A stretch of 64,000 nucleotides of DNA, taken from the NCBI GenBank assembly GCA_040954595.2, contig JBECUI020000026.1, positions 186,001-250,000 on the forward strand, read 5' to 3'. The stretch is from Balanoglossus misakiensis. Its lineage: Eukaryota; Animalia; Hemichordata. Under the pieces are notes generated by a model that was given only the letters and a program-made list of their open reading frames with translations, had not been told where the DNA came from and ran no database searches. Positions within the stretch are counted from its first letter, which is position 1, and the number at the start of each line of letters is the position of its first letter. Below, in pieces: positions 41,151 to 53,586 of the stretch. The position numbers were made by a program, and so were the translations under genes.

Positions 41151-43280
41151 AAGGTAGATTATGACTATAATCCCAACTGTCTCCTGTGTGACACACTCCT
41201 GTTGTGATTATTGCTGGAATAGGCAATGTTTTAATCTGCCTGCAAAGACTCGTGTGACAAAGATTGTCGGCCAGTCAACATCACCAACGATATTAACAAT
41301 ATAAAATAAATAAAATTTCAACGATTCAACTTCTTTTCTAGCTTCCTATCTGGATAGTTTGTTTTTTGTACTCTAAAGATCGCCTTTCTTCCAGGCCACG
41401 TGGCAAGAGACGTTTTCAACTTCTACTATCATCGATGCGAGAGTACTATAGTATTCTCATATACACAGACAAAGGCCACCAAAATAAGAGAATCATTTGG
41501 TCAAATGGTAGAGGGCGCAAAAACAGATATTTCAAATGACAAAATTTTCCGATAAACGTGTTTAATCAAATCAAACTGTGCTCAATGGTATGCTTGCAAA
41601 AATTGAATACAAATGAAACAAAACACAGCAACTGCCATGAACAAGAAGTTTACTCATGTCAAAATTCAATTTTTTTGAATCATTGATTTCAATTATCAGC
41701 TGAAAACTAAAATTAGATTGTCATCTTGAACAGTATAAAATCAGCGAGCCATTAGACATTAAGTACCCAGCATACTAAAATAAAACCATGTAAACATGCA
41801 CAATTAGATAATCAAATAATTTTTATTTATTCACCATGATGTTTTTAATGTATGTCAAGTCAAAGTACTTGAAGTTATGGACGATCAATTAAAATAGACA
41901 ACTGTAATTTTAATGGCTGGGTAATGTATCCAATTTCTGCCCAATATATGAAATTTCCGAGTTAGCAACTGAAGAATTCGTGGGGAAAATAGTTACGTGA
42001 TGTGTAACAGAATTCACTTGGAAGTAAGGAGTTTTTGTAAAATCAACATGCATATTACAATTTATTTGTAAAAACTTGATTGGCAATGGAAAATTGGCGT
42101 TTAAATATATAGTACTTCAAGATGAACAGATAAAGTATAAGTTATTACAGATGTCATTTTACGACAACAAGGAATGGTAAATCGTTATTTAATATCTTTA
42201 AAGATGCCAGGTCAAAGGTCACCTTTGCAAATTCAACCACTGGTACCATAGCCATTTCAAATGTAGCCAAAAGTGCGCCACCACTTTCTTCAAACATACT
42301 GAAACCATCTACAGGTTACCGTAGTCCTATATCTCTTGGCATCCATGGCAGTTTAGCTAGTCATGAGCTGGCAAGGGGTGACCTGTAAGCTTTAAACTCT
42401 GGCTTCGGTAATGTCGACTCTGGCTCTGGCATATACTTGCAGGTCCATATGACCTTGGGGTGAACATGGTCATGAAGAAATAAATAGAATCTGTTTGGTG
42501 CATTGTCAACTTCATTTTATAGTTTCAAAAAATTACAATATGATGAGTAATATTGTTGTTGTTTTCAAAGAGACTCACCACACACTTTAGTAAATCAATG
42601 ACTTGAAAAAGTTTTGAGGACTATCATTTGTCTGAATCTCGGACCGCGAGGCACATACTACCTTAAATAGTTTCACTCGCAGCTTCTTGTGGGCAGTTTC
42701 TCCTTGCGTACCTGTACAGACACACCAGGAGGCCGTTCCCGATGAACAACTCAACCCACATGAAAACATTCAAGCGTCTGGTCACACCCATTTCCGTCAA
42801 ACAAGAACATGAATGAAACTGCGGAGGAAGAGAACGGGAGAGTGCCCATTAACCCTGTAATGACCAATCATTTACTGGAACAAGGTTCAGGATGTACGAT
42901 CACTGGAGTTGAAAATAAGGTCATGGATTTAAAAATTATTTTGAGTTATGAAATTGAAAATACATATTTTTCATTGTGGATTCTCCGACATAAATTTTAT
43001 CAAAAACAATAAGGGTTGTCTTTTTAATTTATGACATATAACGCCATGAATCTAGCCCATTAATACAAAGGCAATACTAAAACACATTTCGGGTTAGCGT
43101 TATGACAACTTGAAGAAAGTATGAATACAAACTTTCTAAAGTAATATTTTAAAGGTTGGCGTATTGATTACAGCTTGTTTGTTCTGCTATTAATGGAAAT
43201 TCGGTTAGAGCCGTTTGAGGCAACTCTTATTCTGTCAAAGTTATGGCGTTAACTTATTCTGTCAAAGTTATGTTAACGCT

Positions 43281-43388
43281 AATCTGATTAAAATCAGATG
43301 TAGGGAACGGCGACGTGTTTTTATGCTGTCGCAGCATCAAAAAACTACGTCGCCATTCCCTAGGCCTACATCTGATTTTAATCAGATT
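43281..43388. repeat. Short palindromic MITE-like element, copy 1
   Basis: AATCTGATTAAAATCAGATGTAGG...CCTACATCTGATTTTAATCAGATT forms a hairpin. Confidence 0.7.
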
Positions 43389-43424
43389 GTGTTAACATCA
43401 GGAACACTTTACATACATAAACTA

Positions 43425-43631
43425 CTGTAAAACACTTTATTTTAGCGAGTTGAAATTTTCACGATATCGAGAGAGGCTACTGTTTCGCGAGTATTAATTT
43501 TCGCGTTCTCTTATTTCATTCACTGCATCGTTATCTTCAAAAATAATTATGCGACCTCTTATTTTCATACCATTTTGGCTCTCACGTATCTCGCGAAAAT
43601 GTATTGCTCGCGAAAATAACTTGTTTCACAG
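43425..43631. mobile_element. MITE with TA target duplication (Tc1/mariner-type ends)
   Basis: TA|CTGTAAAACA...TGTTTCACAG|TA, with inverted subterminal TTTTCGCG / CGCGAAAA motifs. Confidence 0.7.
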
Positions 43632-43649
43632 TATATGCAAATATGCAGT

Positions 43650-43752
43650 AATCTGAATAAAATCAGATGTATGGTACGACGACGTCTTTTACTTATGTGG
43701 TACAGTATTATTAGTATGCTGTCGTCATACCAACTGCGATTTTAGTCAGATT
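43650..43752. repeat. Short palindromic MITE-like element, copy 2 (same family as 43281-43388)
   Basis: AATCTGAATAAAATCAGATGTATGG...GATTTTAGTCAGATT. Confidence 0.6.
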
Positions 43753-44315
43753 GTATGTACGTCAACACTGATTGTTGTGGCTGCCTGAAATAGGTTTTCA
43801 CTTTGCGCTACCTCTATACGTAACGCGTTCACTCAGTAGACCAAAGTATCCGGATGTCCAGCAGACAAGAGTTCCTGTTTATACCATGAGGCTAGAAGAC
43901 TGTATTGTGTTATTATACAGTGGTGCAGTCTAGATTTTAGTGAGGGATTGAAGCGAATCCAATTGCTTGCTTGAAACTCGCCCATCGTGATTGTGCATTG
44001 ATAAAATACAATAATCATACCACAGAAACATAAATTCCAGCTGCGCCTATCAGCGAGATTGTCATAGCCTGGAGACCAGGGCGTCGGGGAAAAGAAACGC
44101 CCGGGGACAGTCTATATTTACGAACAGAATTCTGTTCGTAGAACGACACGTGTGGTAAATCTTGCGTGTAAGCTAATTGGTCACTCAATGTTAACCACAT
44201 GACATCGTCGCCTTCTAAATAAGGTAATAGAGGTGGAGTCATGTGTGAAATTCCCGCGATGGGATGTGGGAGTGGTTTTGAAGGTGTATGAATATTCATA
44301 ACCAAACTTTGTTAA

Positions 44316-44819
44316 AGGCACGTAAGGTGTAACTTTTGGGATAATTTTCATAATTTTTGTTTCAAACTGCACTACCATTAGTCCATGCAGATGAAGGTAG
44401 TGAACAATACACAAGCATTATAAACCCTAAGTATGAGTGCATATGCAAGTTTTAACCAGATAAATAATAAAGCTTTGCCGCAAGCGATTATGGCCGCCAC
44501 CGTGGGAAAATGCAAGAAACAATGAAAATGTTGCATTTCCGGTTGTGAAACTTCATAAACAAAACATGATCTCATCCACTTGAGCTCATGGAAGTAAATG
44601 TACACCACTGAGACATCAGATTTTCATTTTTCATTGCAATATTGCGCTTTTTTTAAAATTGCAGGAATTTTCGTTTTTCTTTAATTTTTGGCCATTTTGT
44701 CATAAATAAGTGTTGAGCTTGATATATTATCATGAAATAGCATTTAATAGACATAATTAAAAGCATATATGAGATTATTTAAAACTTTAATTTTTTATCC
44801 AGTTACAGCTTAAGTGCCT
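44316..44819. mobile_element. Non-autonomous DNA transposon, Kolobok-like (TTAA target duplication)
   Basis: TTAA|AGGCACGTAAGGTGTAACT...AGTTACAGCTTAAGTGCCT|TTAA. The terminal inverted repeats match at 17 of 19 positions. Confidence 0.8.
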
Positions 44820-46539
44820 TTAATTATATCATCCAACCACTGGCGCCCGTCAACATTTGATAGATCACTCGTTATCCATTTGTTACTAAGCGACCTCGAT
44901 CGTTGCCAAGACTACTATCTTTCAGCTCAGCAGGACTTGCTCGACTGTCCCCGAGCGTTGTATTTTAGATCGACGCCCTGGTCTCCCGGCTAAGATTGTC
45001 AATATATACGCCGCATGTTGCCAGCCAGGGCCCCGACTGACATTCCCTCTGAATATACACACCCCTCTATTGAAAACGGAACATTCCTGCAAGCAAAGCA
45101 TGTTGTACTTGCTTACATCAGCTGTAGTGACTTGTGTAGACCCCCAGCGCGCGGCCTCTACTGTCTGTATATGGTCTGTCACAGTCCCCGGGAGTAACTG
45201 TCATGACAGAAATCGGTTTGTCAACGGCAAAACGGAGATAAGGTGTTTTTTCCGAATATAGAATATTCAATTCTGTTTGATTCGGTCATGCCCAAAGTGT
45301 GCGTAGCTGTCGTCCTCTGACAACGCTCGCTCATATTTCATGCGGAGAACTTAAGTAGGTTCAAGCCAAGTTTTAATAGTTGGGCTAAGGTCTTCCCTTA
45401 TAAGTGTTGAAATGTTTGGGGTGTTACTGTCCGGGCTGTAACGACTTGGGTCGTGGAAAATGGGGGCTGAAACGACTGGGGCCGAAAGGGTCAGAGTGCC
45501 GGAACGACCTGTTTAAACATGTCGTTCCAGCACTATGACCCTAAAGTGTTACCTAAGATAGTGTCCAGCGTCTAGCCGTTATTGAAATTATAGACCCTGC
45601 AGCGAGACTGAGCATGATTTGTTGTTGTCATGAAACTCATCTCGTACTCCAGTCACTTTCATACAAAACGGCTATGAGTGTCCAATGGTCTTTGTTGAGA
45701 CTGTTTGACATTGAATGGCATTGACCTCGCGGGAGGATATCCTTCATGAATGCAATGCAGGATATAATTTACATTGGCTAAGGGCTTTGAGGTGCACCAA
45801 ATTAGTAATTTAGACACACCTTAATTATTACATGCCACCCCAAACTTTTTTAAAGCAAGAAACAAAATTGCAGTGCTTTTCCAATGACGCTTTTTAAAAT
45901 GTAGAATCAGATTGTTTTCTTGTCGCTCAGGTGTCCAAAATAAATATAGCTGTGATCAATTCCTACTTAAAGCAAACAAAAGTAAATTGAGTTGAATGGG
46001 CACGTCCGGCCCATATTTGACCCATTTCACATTTTTTCTTTCTTAGGCTGCATTCACAAACACCTCTGGAGGGGGGGGGGGGGGGGGAATTCATCTTTTA
46101 CCGCTAATTTTCACATGCCCCCCCCCCCCCTTTCACAACCCGAAATATTTTGAAATCCCCCTTCCGAACTGCCAAAATTTTGAAATCCCCCCATTTTCTT
46201 TCACAGAGCAAAACTCATAACTCTGCTCAAGCGCTCCCATGAAAAGAATTTGAAACTGATGTTTCCCCTCATCAGTGGGTATTAAAACTGAACATTGTTT
46301 TTATTTTTTAAGTATTTTGTATGATTATAATTAAAAAATATACAACTTAGCTAAAATGCTTAGATGAGTTAATCAGATTTTCAAAGTCCACCTAAAAGAT
46401 CATTTAATCTTTCCAGGGTGCGGTTTATGTTGGAGATAGTATCAGTTAGGCTATTTCTCAGAAAATCAATGAACGATCTGCGGACACCCCGAATAATATG
46501 TTACCACAACGCTAGCCAGGAAGCACATGGGACATTTCA

Positions 46540-46800
46540 CAATGAGGCAGTGAACACTGGGGGGGGGACCAGACTGACACGTTAACCAATCAGGGAGCTG
46601 TATGGTGAATAAATACATATTAATAAGACCTAACCTACAAGGTCCTGCATAATGAGGCAGTGAACACTGGAGGACCAGACCTACACATTACCCAATCAGG
46701 GAGCTGTAAAGTGAATAATGCATTGTAATAAGACCTAACCTACAAGGTCTGGTGAATAATACATAGTAATAAGACCTAACACATAAGGTCCCTCCAATCA
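46540..46800. repeat. ~110-bp imperfect tandem repeat (LTR-like sequence)
   Basis: AATGAGGCAGTGAACACTGG...CCAATCAGGGAGCTGTA...TAATAAGACCTAACCTACAAGGTC occurs twice, plus a partial third copy. Confidence 0.7.
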
Positions 46801-46893
46801 GCGAGCCGCAAGTGGACCTTAGAGAAGTGGATAAACCAATCAGAACATGTAATACGTGTGCATAGGACCTGTAATGTAGGTCATTTTGAAACA

Positions 46894-47245
46894 GGACTAG
46901 TTCACCATGACCAACCACATGACCCAGGAAATCGATCTGCTCATAACCCACATAACACTTAGTTGGTCTCGCTGTTAACTTTGCCTTTCGTAGTCTGCTC
47001 ATCAAATCTGTAATTGTCTTGATATGTTCTTCCCATGATGCAGTGTGGATCAGTATGTGATCGATATAGTTGTCTACGTTCTTCATATCTCTTAACAATC
47101 TTCTCATAATTCTGCTAAAAGTCGCAGCACTATTTACAAGTCCGAAAGGCATTTTGATAAATTGGTATAGCCCATCATGCGTGATAAATGCCGTCAATAT
47201 TCTTTGCTGAGATCTACTTTAGTGAAATAGTGATCCTTGGATAAC
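46894..47245 (-). pseudogene. Reverse transcriptase C-terminal fragment
   Basis: TAFITHDGLYQFIKMPFGLVNSAATF...YIDH (catalytic YIDD mutated)...FLGHVVG. Truncated at ~46894. Confidence 0.92.
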
Positions 47246-48685
47246 TTAGCAAAAAGCAAAAAGCTCACTCAGGTCTGGTGTAGGCTCTGCATCAAACACT
47301 GTTATGCGATTGAGCTTTCTCATGTCAACACAACAACGATTGGACCCATCAGATTTCTTCACCATTACCAGTGGAACAGCATATGGACTCTCTGAAGGTT
47401 CAGCTACTCCCATCTTAATCATCGTTTTGACTTCATCTTTCACTGCTTCACGGAGTGCATGAGGGATGGGGTATGGCCTACTGCATACTGGTGTTGGATC
47501 CATCAACTTGATGTCATGGAAACCCAGGTTGGTGTTACCACGAATATCAGTTAACATATCTTTGTAATTGATCAGCAACCTCCTCACCACTTGCTTCTGT
47601 ATGTCTGACAAGTTGTCACATACATTCACATCTGCAGCAAATTCTTTCTGCTTGAATGCAGGAACCCGCAGTAAGTCATCGTTTACTTTAACCCCTGTGT
47701 TCTCTTGTACTTCTGAAGATTCATAACTCTGCTCATCTATCACAGATACACACACAATCTCAAGAAGTCCAGCTGATACTTCATCTAGCTGATCAGTTCT
47801 CCGATAGTACCTCTTCAACAGGTTGGCATGGAATGTTTTCACCCTATGACCAAAGTCAATCTTGTAATCCATATTGCTCGCTTTCTCCACCACTGGAAAA
47901 TGACCCTTCCAGTGCATAAGTAGTTTATTATGGTCAGTAGGTAGTAGCAATAACACCTCGTCACCTTTGTTGAACTTCCTCCATTTGGCCTTTCTATTGT
48001 AGTAGGACTTGTATTTGCCTTGTGATATCTTCAGTTCTTGTCTTGCTAAATCGCATGCCTTCTTTAATTTCTTTTGAAGATCAAGGATGTATTGATAAGT
48101 CGTTTTGGTTTCTGGTTCACTGATCTCTCCAGTCCATAGTTCTTTAAAGATAGCCATTGGACCACGCACACTCCTCCCATAAAGTAACTCAAACGGAGAG
48201 AATCCTGTGCTCGATTGAGGCGTTTCTCTGTAGGCAAATAGTAAAGCATTCAGATAACGATCCCAATATGTTGGACGTTCCTCACACATCTTCCTGAGCA
48301 TGAGTTTCAATGTACCATTGAACCGTTCCACTAGACCATTGAATGCTGGGTGGTATGGGGTGGTAGTCATCTGCTTTATAGACAAAAGCCGGCTGACCTC
48401 ACGCATCACATCTGATGTAAATTGAGTTCCTTGATCTGTCAGAATTTCACGTGGACACCCCACTCTTGAGTAGATGTCCAGAAGCGCCTCTGCAACAGTC
48501 TTGGTATCAATGTTAGTCAATGCAACAGCCTCCGGATAGCGTGTTGCATAATCAACAACAGTAAGTATGTACCTATTCTTGCGTTCAGTGCATGGATGAA
48601 TAGGGCCAACCAGGTCTACTGCAATACGTAGGAAAGGGATATCTATACCTTGGTCACCCGTCCCTTTGGTTGTGTCCGTTGACAT
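47246..48685 (-). pseudogene. Integrase core followed in frame by the RT N-terminus
   Basis: PFLRIAVDLVGP...TDQGTQF...VERFNGTLK...SPFELLYGR, then RPYPIP...SPYAVPLVMVKKSDGSNRCCVDMRKLN. Frameshift at the 5' end and a premature stop at 47246. Confidence 0.93.
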
Positions 48686-49545
48686 GAATCACAGGACTGA
48701 CAGTAACGGGAAACATCTGATGTTAGCCCAGGCCAAACGAAGTTGCTGAGGATCTTGTCTGTGGTCTTGTGAGTTCCGTGGTGACCACCCAGCACTGATT
48801 CATGGGCTAGTCTCATCACCTGGTTACGATACACTCTGGGAACCACCACCTGTAACAGCTTTTCACCAAATTGGACCATTGGCGAATTGAACTCTCTGTA
48901 CAGGATCCCATCTTTCATGATGAACTTCAACCTACCTCCATTCCTAGTCACTTTCTCGTCACCCAAAATTGCCTTCTCACGTAGTTTGTCAAGAGTGGAG
49001 TCTTCTTCTTGAGCTTGTTGAAGCTTCCCTGTCCTCACCACTTCACCAACAGCTTTAGGTACTTTAAGCTCTCTGATTGGTTTTTGGTTGGCTATCTTCT
49101 GGGCTCTGGTCTCCACAGCATATGCTAAACCTGGTACCTGTCCAACAGTTGTACACAGTCTACATGTCGGCAATGGTTCCTGCCATGTAGTATCAGGATT
49201 TGAAGGGTCAGATACACCATCAATGTTGCCCAGTATTAAATCATACACAGGGTTCATCATGCACAGTGCAGTAACATCACCAACAAAGTAAGGGGTATCA
49301 ACTTTTATTGAGGCTACAGGTACTCTTCTAATAGTCCCATCTATCAGAACACACGTCCTGTACTCACCAGTCAGCTGACTACTTGACACCAGACTTCTTC
49401 GAACTACCACGCTACTACACCCACTATCACGCAAAACGCTAACCAGCTTACCATCGACCAATCCCTTCATTACCGGCATCTTCTTCACTCCATGGGCACT
49501 ACAAGCAGCACTCATCACTGGGAGCTTATGACCACATGGTAACAC
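48643..49545 (-). pseudogene. Aspartic protease plus integrase H2C2 zinc-binding domain
   Basis: VLRDSGCS protease site; AHESVLGGHHG...CQSCDSCQ (HHCC). Confidence 0.9.
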
Positions 49546-49660
49546 GAACTCCTTATTCAGTGTTGCATCTGTTTTATTATATTTCCATTGCTACCACCAT
49601 ACATGCATAACCAGTGTCTAGTCCCCTGGGCTGTTGACGGTTGCCCCAATGTGTACATTC

Positions 49661-50660
49661 TTATTTAGGTGGATAGTTTCTATCTTCTTCAGTTAACAAT
49701 ACCGCCGTCTTATGCATCTTTGGCTTACTTCTACAATCTTTGGCCATATGACCACCTTTACCACATACGAAGCACGTACCTTTAAAAACATGGGAACCAT
49801 TGGTTTTGTTATTAAACTTCTTTACTTGATTTGGATATACAGCAGGCTTGGTATTTGCTGTCGGCTGGCTCCTTGGATTATTCTTGGCATTACTTGGCAG
49901 TTTCCACCACCCTCGGGCATCTAAGTATTTTGAGGCAGTAGATACCATCTCTTGGACATTCTCTGGCCGTCGCTCTCTAATGAACATTGCCATGTCTCTG
50001 GAACATACTCCAATAAACTGCTCTCGAAGTAACAGATCTGTAAGCCCATTGTACGTCTTTGGAGTACCAGCCAGTTCTACCCATCTGCCCAAATAGTCAC
50101 CAATACGGTCCATAAACTTTTGAGCACTTTCATCATAATGTGGCATACACGAACGGAACTTGTCATGAAAACTCTCCTCACTTAACTGGTAAGCCCTCAA
50201 TAACTCTGGTTTCAATTCATCATAATTATTTGCAGACGCTGCAGGCATTTGGTTGTATGTGGATACATCCTTACCTTGTAACAATATGCACTGAGATTCA
50301 CCCCCAGTCATCTTTTTCCCACTTCTGAGCAGTGGCGTAGCGCTGAAAACGTTGAAGGTACGCATCCATATCATCAACATCCTCACGAAAACCCTGTAGT
50401 CTCGGAGCACGCGCTTTGGCCAAATTATTTTCAGTAACCTGCTGTTCTGTATTTTCCCCTTTCAATTTTAATTCTTGTAAGTGAATTTGCATTTTCAGTA
50501 TCTCTCTCTCATGTTCCTCGCGCCGCCTATTATCTTCTCTCTGCTCCTCTCTCTCAGTAGCCCTAAGATCCCTCTGTCTAATTTGTTCCTCTCTAACATA
50601 ATCTTTTAAAGCAGTCCTTTCCAACCCAAATTTTCTCCCTATCTTAGATATTCTTTCTGC
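49661..50660 (-). pseudogene. gag (capsid/SCAN-like domain plus CCHC zinc knuckle), frameshifted near 50300
   Basis: YLQRFQRYA...W; YDELK..LL; LLREQF...FIRERRP; CFVCGKGGHMAKDC. Split across two ORFs (50298-50624 and 49661-50410). Confidence 0.88.
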
Positions 50661-50943
50661 ATATATGCTTTGCTGTATCGCGATTTACAACCCCCAGTTT
50701 GACAACCCCTAGCAGTACAGGGCATTCAGCACAAGTCAACACAGCCAAACGCACGACGCAAACCAACACGGCCCATATTATATAGCAGGAAACCACAAGC
50801 GCACATACAGTAACAGTACCAGCCTACAGACCCAGCACCGTCTTCACAATTTGCAGAATCTCTACCTATCAAAACCATGGTCTCCACTATATGGCAACAA
50901 TTTATGATAGTATACAAACAAATGCACAACAAAACGATAAAAC

Positions 50944-50960
50944 TCCCGGATGAGCCCCCA
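50944..50960 (-). promoter_or_regulatory. Primer-binding site complementary to the tRNA-Pro 3' end
   Basis: The minus strand reads TGGGGGCTCATCCGGGA (canonical PBS-Pro is TGGGGGCTCGTCCGGGA), 2 nt after the LTR end ...TGACA. Confidence 0.88.
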
Positions 50961-50962
50961 AA

Positions 50963-51430
50963 TGTCAGAGGTGGAGGGCACCCCTCTGATTCCAGGATAA
51001 ATATTGAGCTGCTCTCAGTGCCAAGGAGTAAACATCCGTGGATAAGGTATGGGGAGAAACTACACAAACCAGTGCGGATACAATAATACAGTTGATTTAA
51101 TTTAAATCAATTAAATAATATAAAGATAATACTAGGAATATAATTTTTGTGCACAATATGCACAATATCAAATGTCTCTGTCCTAACCAATTTAGCAGGT
51201 ACAGGTATGCTGATACAATTGGTCATACAATACAATGGGTTACTTAATATATTACATAAATGAATATATTCACAATATCACTATAGTTTATTGTCTATTG
51301 CATATTGTCTAAACAATGGTAAGTGTCACTTAGCTGTATATAACATTCATAGTAAACAATCATGATTCAACCACAATATGGGATGGAGTCCTGTATAGAT
51401 GAACGATGTAGCGACGATCCACATTACACA
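50963..51430 (-). repeat. 5' LTR of the Gmr1-like element (inner end exact, outer end uncertain)
   Basis: Ends in CA next to the PBS and has a minus-strand AATAAA near 51290. There is no second copy in the window to define the outer edge. Confidence 0.55.
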
Positions 51431-53191
51431 TACAATCTGTGATACACCATGTTTTCTACCACTTGTAGTAGGGTTCACAAAGGAAAATTAAAAAATCAAA
51501 TTAATTCTAAATTTGTCTATTTTATGTGTTAGGGTGCCCCTACAGATAGCAAAAATGCATAATTTGAAAATCCACCTTGCCTACAGTCTTATGACTGAGC
51601 CTTCAAAGTTGCCATTTTTGAATTTTTTTCCATAATTTATGCTAATTTTATGCAGGGTACACCCACACTTTGTGTCATACTACTGTTTCAAAGATACATA
51701 TCCAATGTACCAAATGAGTATAAAACTTATCTCCCAACCACTTGTGATTAGCCTAGGAGAGCCCTATTCTATGATGCACTGGAGTCTGAGAGTGTGCAGG
51801 ATTTCACTACAAGGCCAACCTGCTGCTGTAGCTGACAAAGCAAATTCAGTTTTATGAAAGTGAATGAGCAATAATGACACTGGATTGATGTATATTACTA
51901 TGTAGTGCATAAATGTTGGCAAGACAACCAATTTTCTGTTGTTGGTTGTGTGATGTAATTGTATTAATGTATTATTTGTAAATAAAACCTTTGGTGCATA
52001 GGTACCGGTATGTCAGTTTAGTAAATAAAGGATCTGCGTTTGTCCAGAAGGCAAAAAAATGATCTACCATTGAGGTGATGACCAGTGTAGTTATAAGGCA
52101 ATACCATCAATTGCATAGAATTTATACTGTTAAAGTTGTTGTAATTTTTGGTCCATCGACAGATCATAGTAGTACCTGTATCACATTTGCTGTAAGTAAA
52201 AAAACTGAAGGGCCAATGTTTTTTGTTGACAATAAAGTCATATTTATGGTCAGACAGTCAGTCTCTTTAGCTGGCTTAAAAGTATCCACTCACTAGTAGT
52301 ACAAATCACAGTCCCTCAAGAAAGTACCTGCTTGGAGAACGCATCTTAACTCAAGACGAAATATGTACACGTTGCTACGTTACCTCTTTTGTTCTAGACA
52401 AAAGAAAGTGCTGCACAGTATAAACAATAAAGAGTATGTTCTGAAATTAACTCACTTCCGCCTTTCTAAAAACGCGTTGCGCTAGTTTGCGCTACACTTT
52501 TGTCGATATGTAGCGGTCGGAAACGCTAGAATTTTGTATGTATTTTGAAGAGCGCGTTGGTTCAGGTACGCCCTACTTCATTTACATGCCGAAAACGGTG
52601 AAATTAGCAAATGTTTCCATTTTTCGATACATTTCGCCTCGCCTTTCGAATTCCCGTGTTGTCTCTCCTGTAGACAAGAAACATGACTACACATGGTTTC
52701 AAATTTCATGTCAATACGCCCACGCGATTACTCAAAAACGGGAAAATCCCACGACGTGACGGTCGCAAGATGGCGTCCGTGAAAACAAAAACATATCAAA
52801 CTGTTCGCAAATTTACGCCAAATCGCGCGCTCCAAAATATTTACCAACAACAGGAGGTGGAAGTACATGAACTTTTCTTTGACTATTGCGTTTCAGACCA
52901 CTGAACTCCGCCGCGATCACCTTTTGAGTAGCAAATCATTTTGGGTCGCAACCCCATGGTGTGGAATAGGAAGGTCCGACCTTTGGGATCCCTACTTGTA
53001 GTCCTCCAGTAGTCAAGTAAACACACTGAAGACTGACTTGTTAGATGCAAGTCTTGGTTTAAATGGCTGAATGAAAAATCAACAAACATTGACTGAAATG
53101 TCCACCTTAGCAACTGTTCACAAATGAATACTGACGTTTCTCAATAATAATTATCAGTAGTATAGGTTGGAGCCGTAGCACTCGGATTTGG

Positions 53192-53521
53192 GGAGGAGGA
53201 GGAGCTGAGGAGCTGAGGAGGAGGAGGAGGAGGAGGAGGAGGAGGAGGAGGAGGAGGAGGAGGAGGAGGAGGCGGAAGAGGAGGAGGAGGAGGAGGAGGA
53301 GGAGGAGGGGGAGGAGCTGAGGAGGAGGAGGAGGAGGAGGAGGAGGAGGAGGAGGAGGAGGAGGAGGAGGAGGAGGAGGAGGAGGAGGAGCTGAGGAGGA
53401 GGAGGAGGAGGAGGAGGAGGAGGAGGAGGAGGAGGAGGAGGCGGAATAGGAGGAGGAGGAGGAGGAGGAGGAGGAGGAGGAGGAGGAGGAGGAGGAGGAG
53501 CTGAGGAGGAGGAGGAGGAGG
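53192..53521 (+). repeat. (GGA/GAG)n microsatellite, ~330 bp, with CTG/GCG interruptions
   Basis: Read directly from the sequence. Confidence 0.98.
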
Positions 53522-53586
53522 CAGACATGGTCCCCTAAGTTGGTGGAAAATTGAGATATGGCTAAGTATATATGGAACGTGCTTTG

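Larger units (their letters stand above)
46894..51430 (-). mobile_element. Degraded, 3'-truncated Gmr1-like Ty3/Gypsy LTR retrotransposon
   Basis: Order is LTR end, PBS, gag, PR, INT, RT, with Gypsy-type sequences. RNase H and a 3' LTR are absent. The upper boundary is approximate. Confidence 0.88.

Noticed and set aside
42200-43012. Possible host exons in GC-richer patches
   Set aside because: Frames contain stops and I could not recognise any domain or consistent splice pattern.
46043-46200. G-run/C-run segment resembling a MITE end
   Set aside because: No matching opposite end or target duplication was found.
51531-51544. AGGGTGCCCCTACA as the outer end of the 5' LTR
   Set aside because: Only partial complementarity to the inner end, and there is no second LTR or target duplication to confirm it.
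52168-52173. Alternative Polinton terminus AGTAGT
   Set aside because: The following sequence stays CpG-poor like the host flank, so 52295 is preferred. It cannot be fully excluded without the other TIR.
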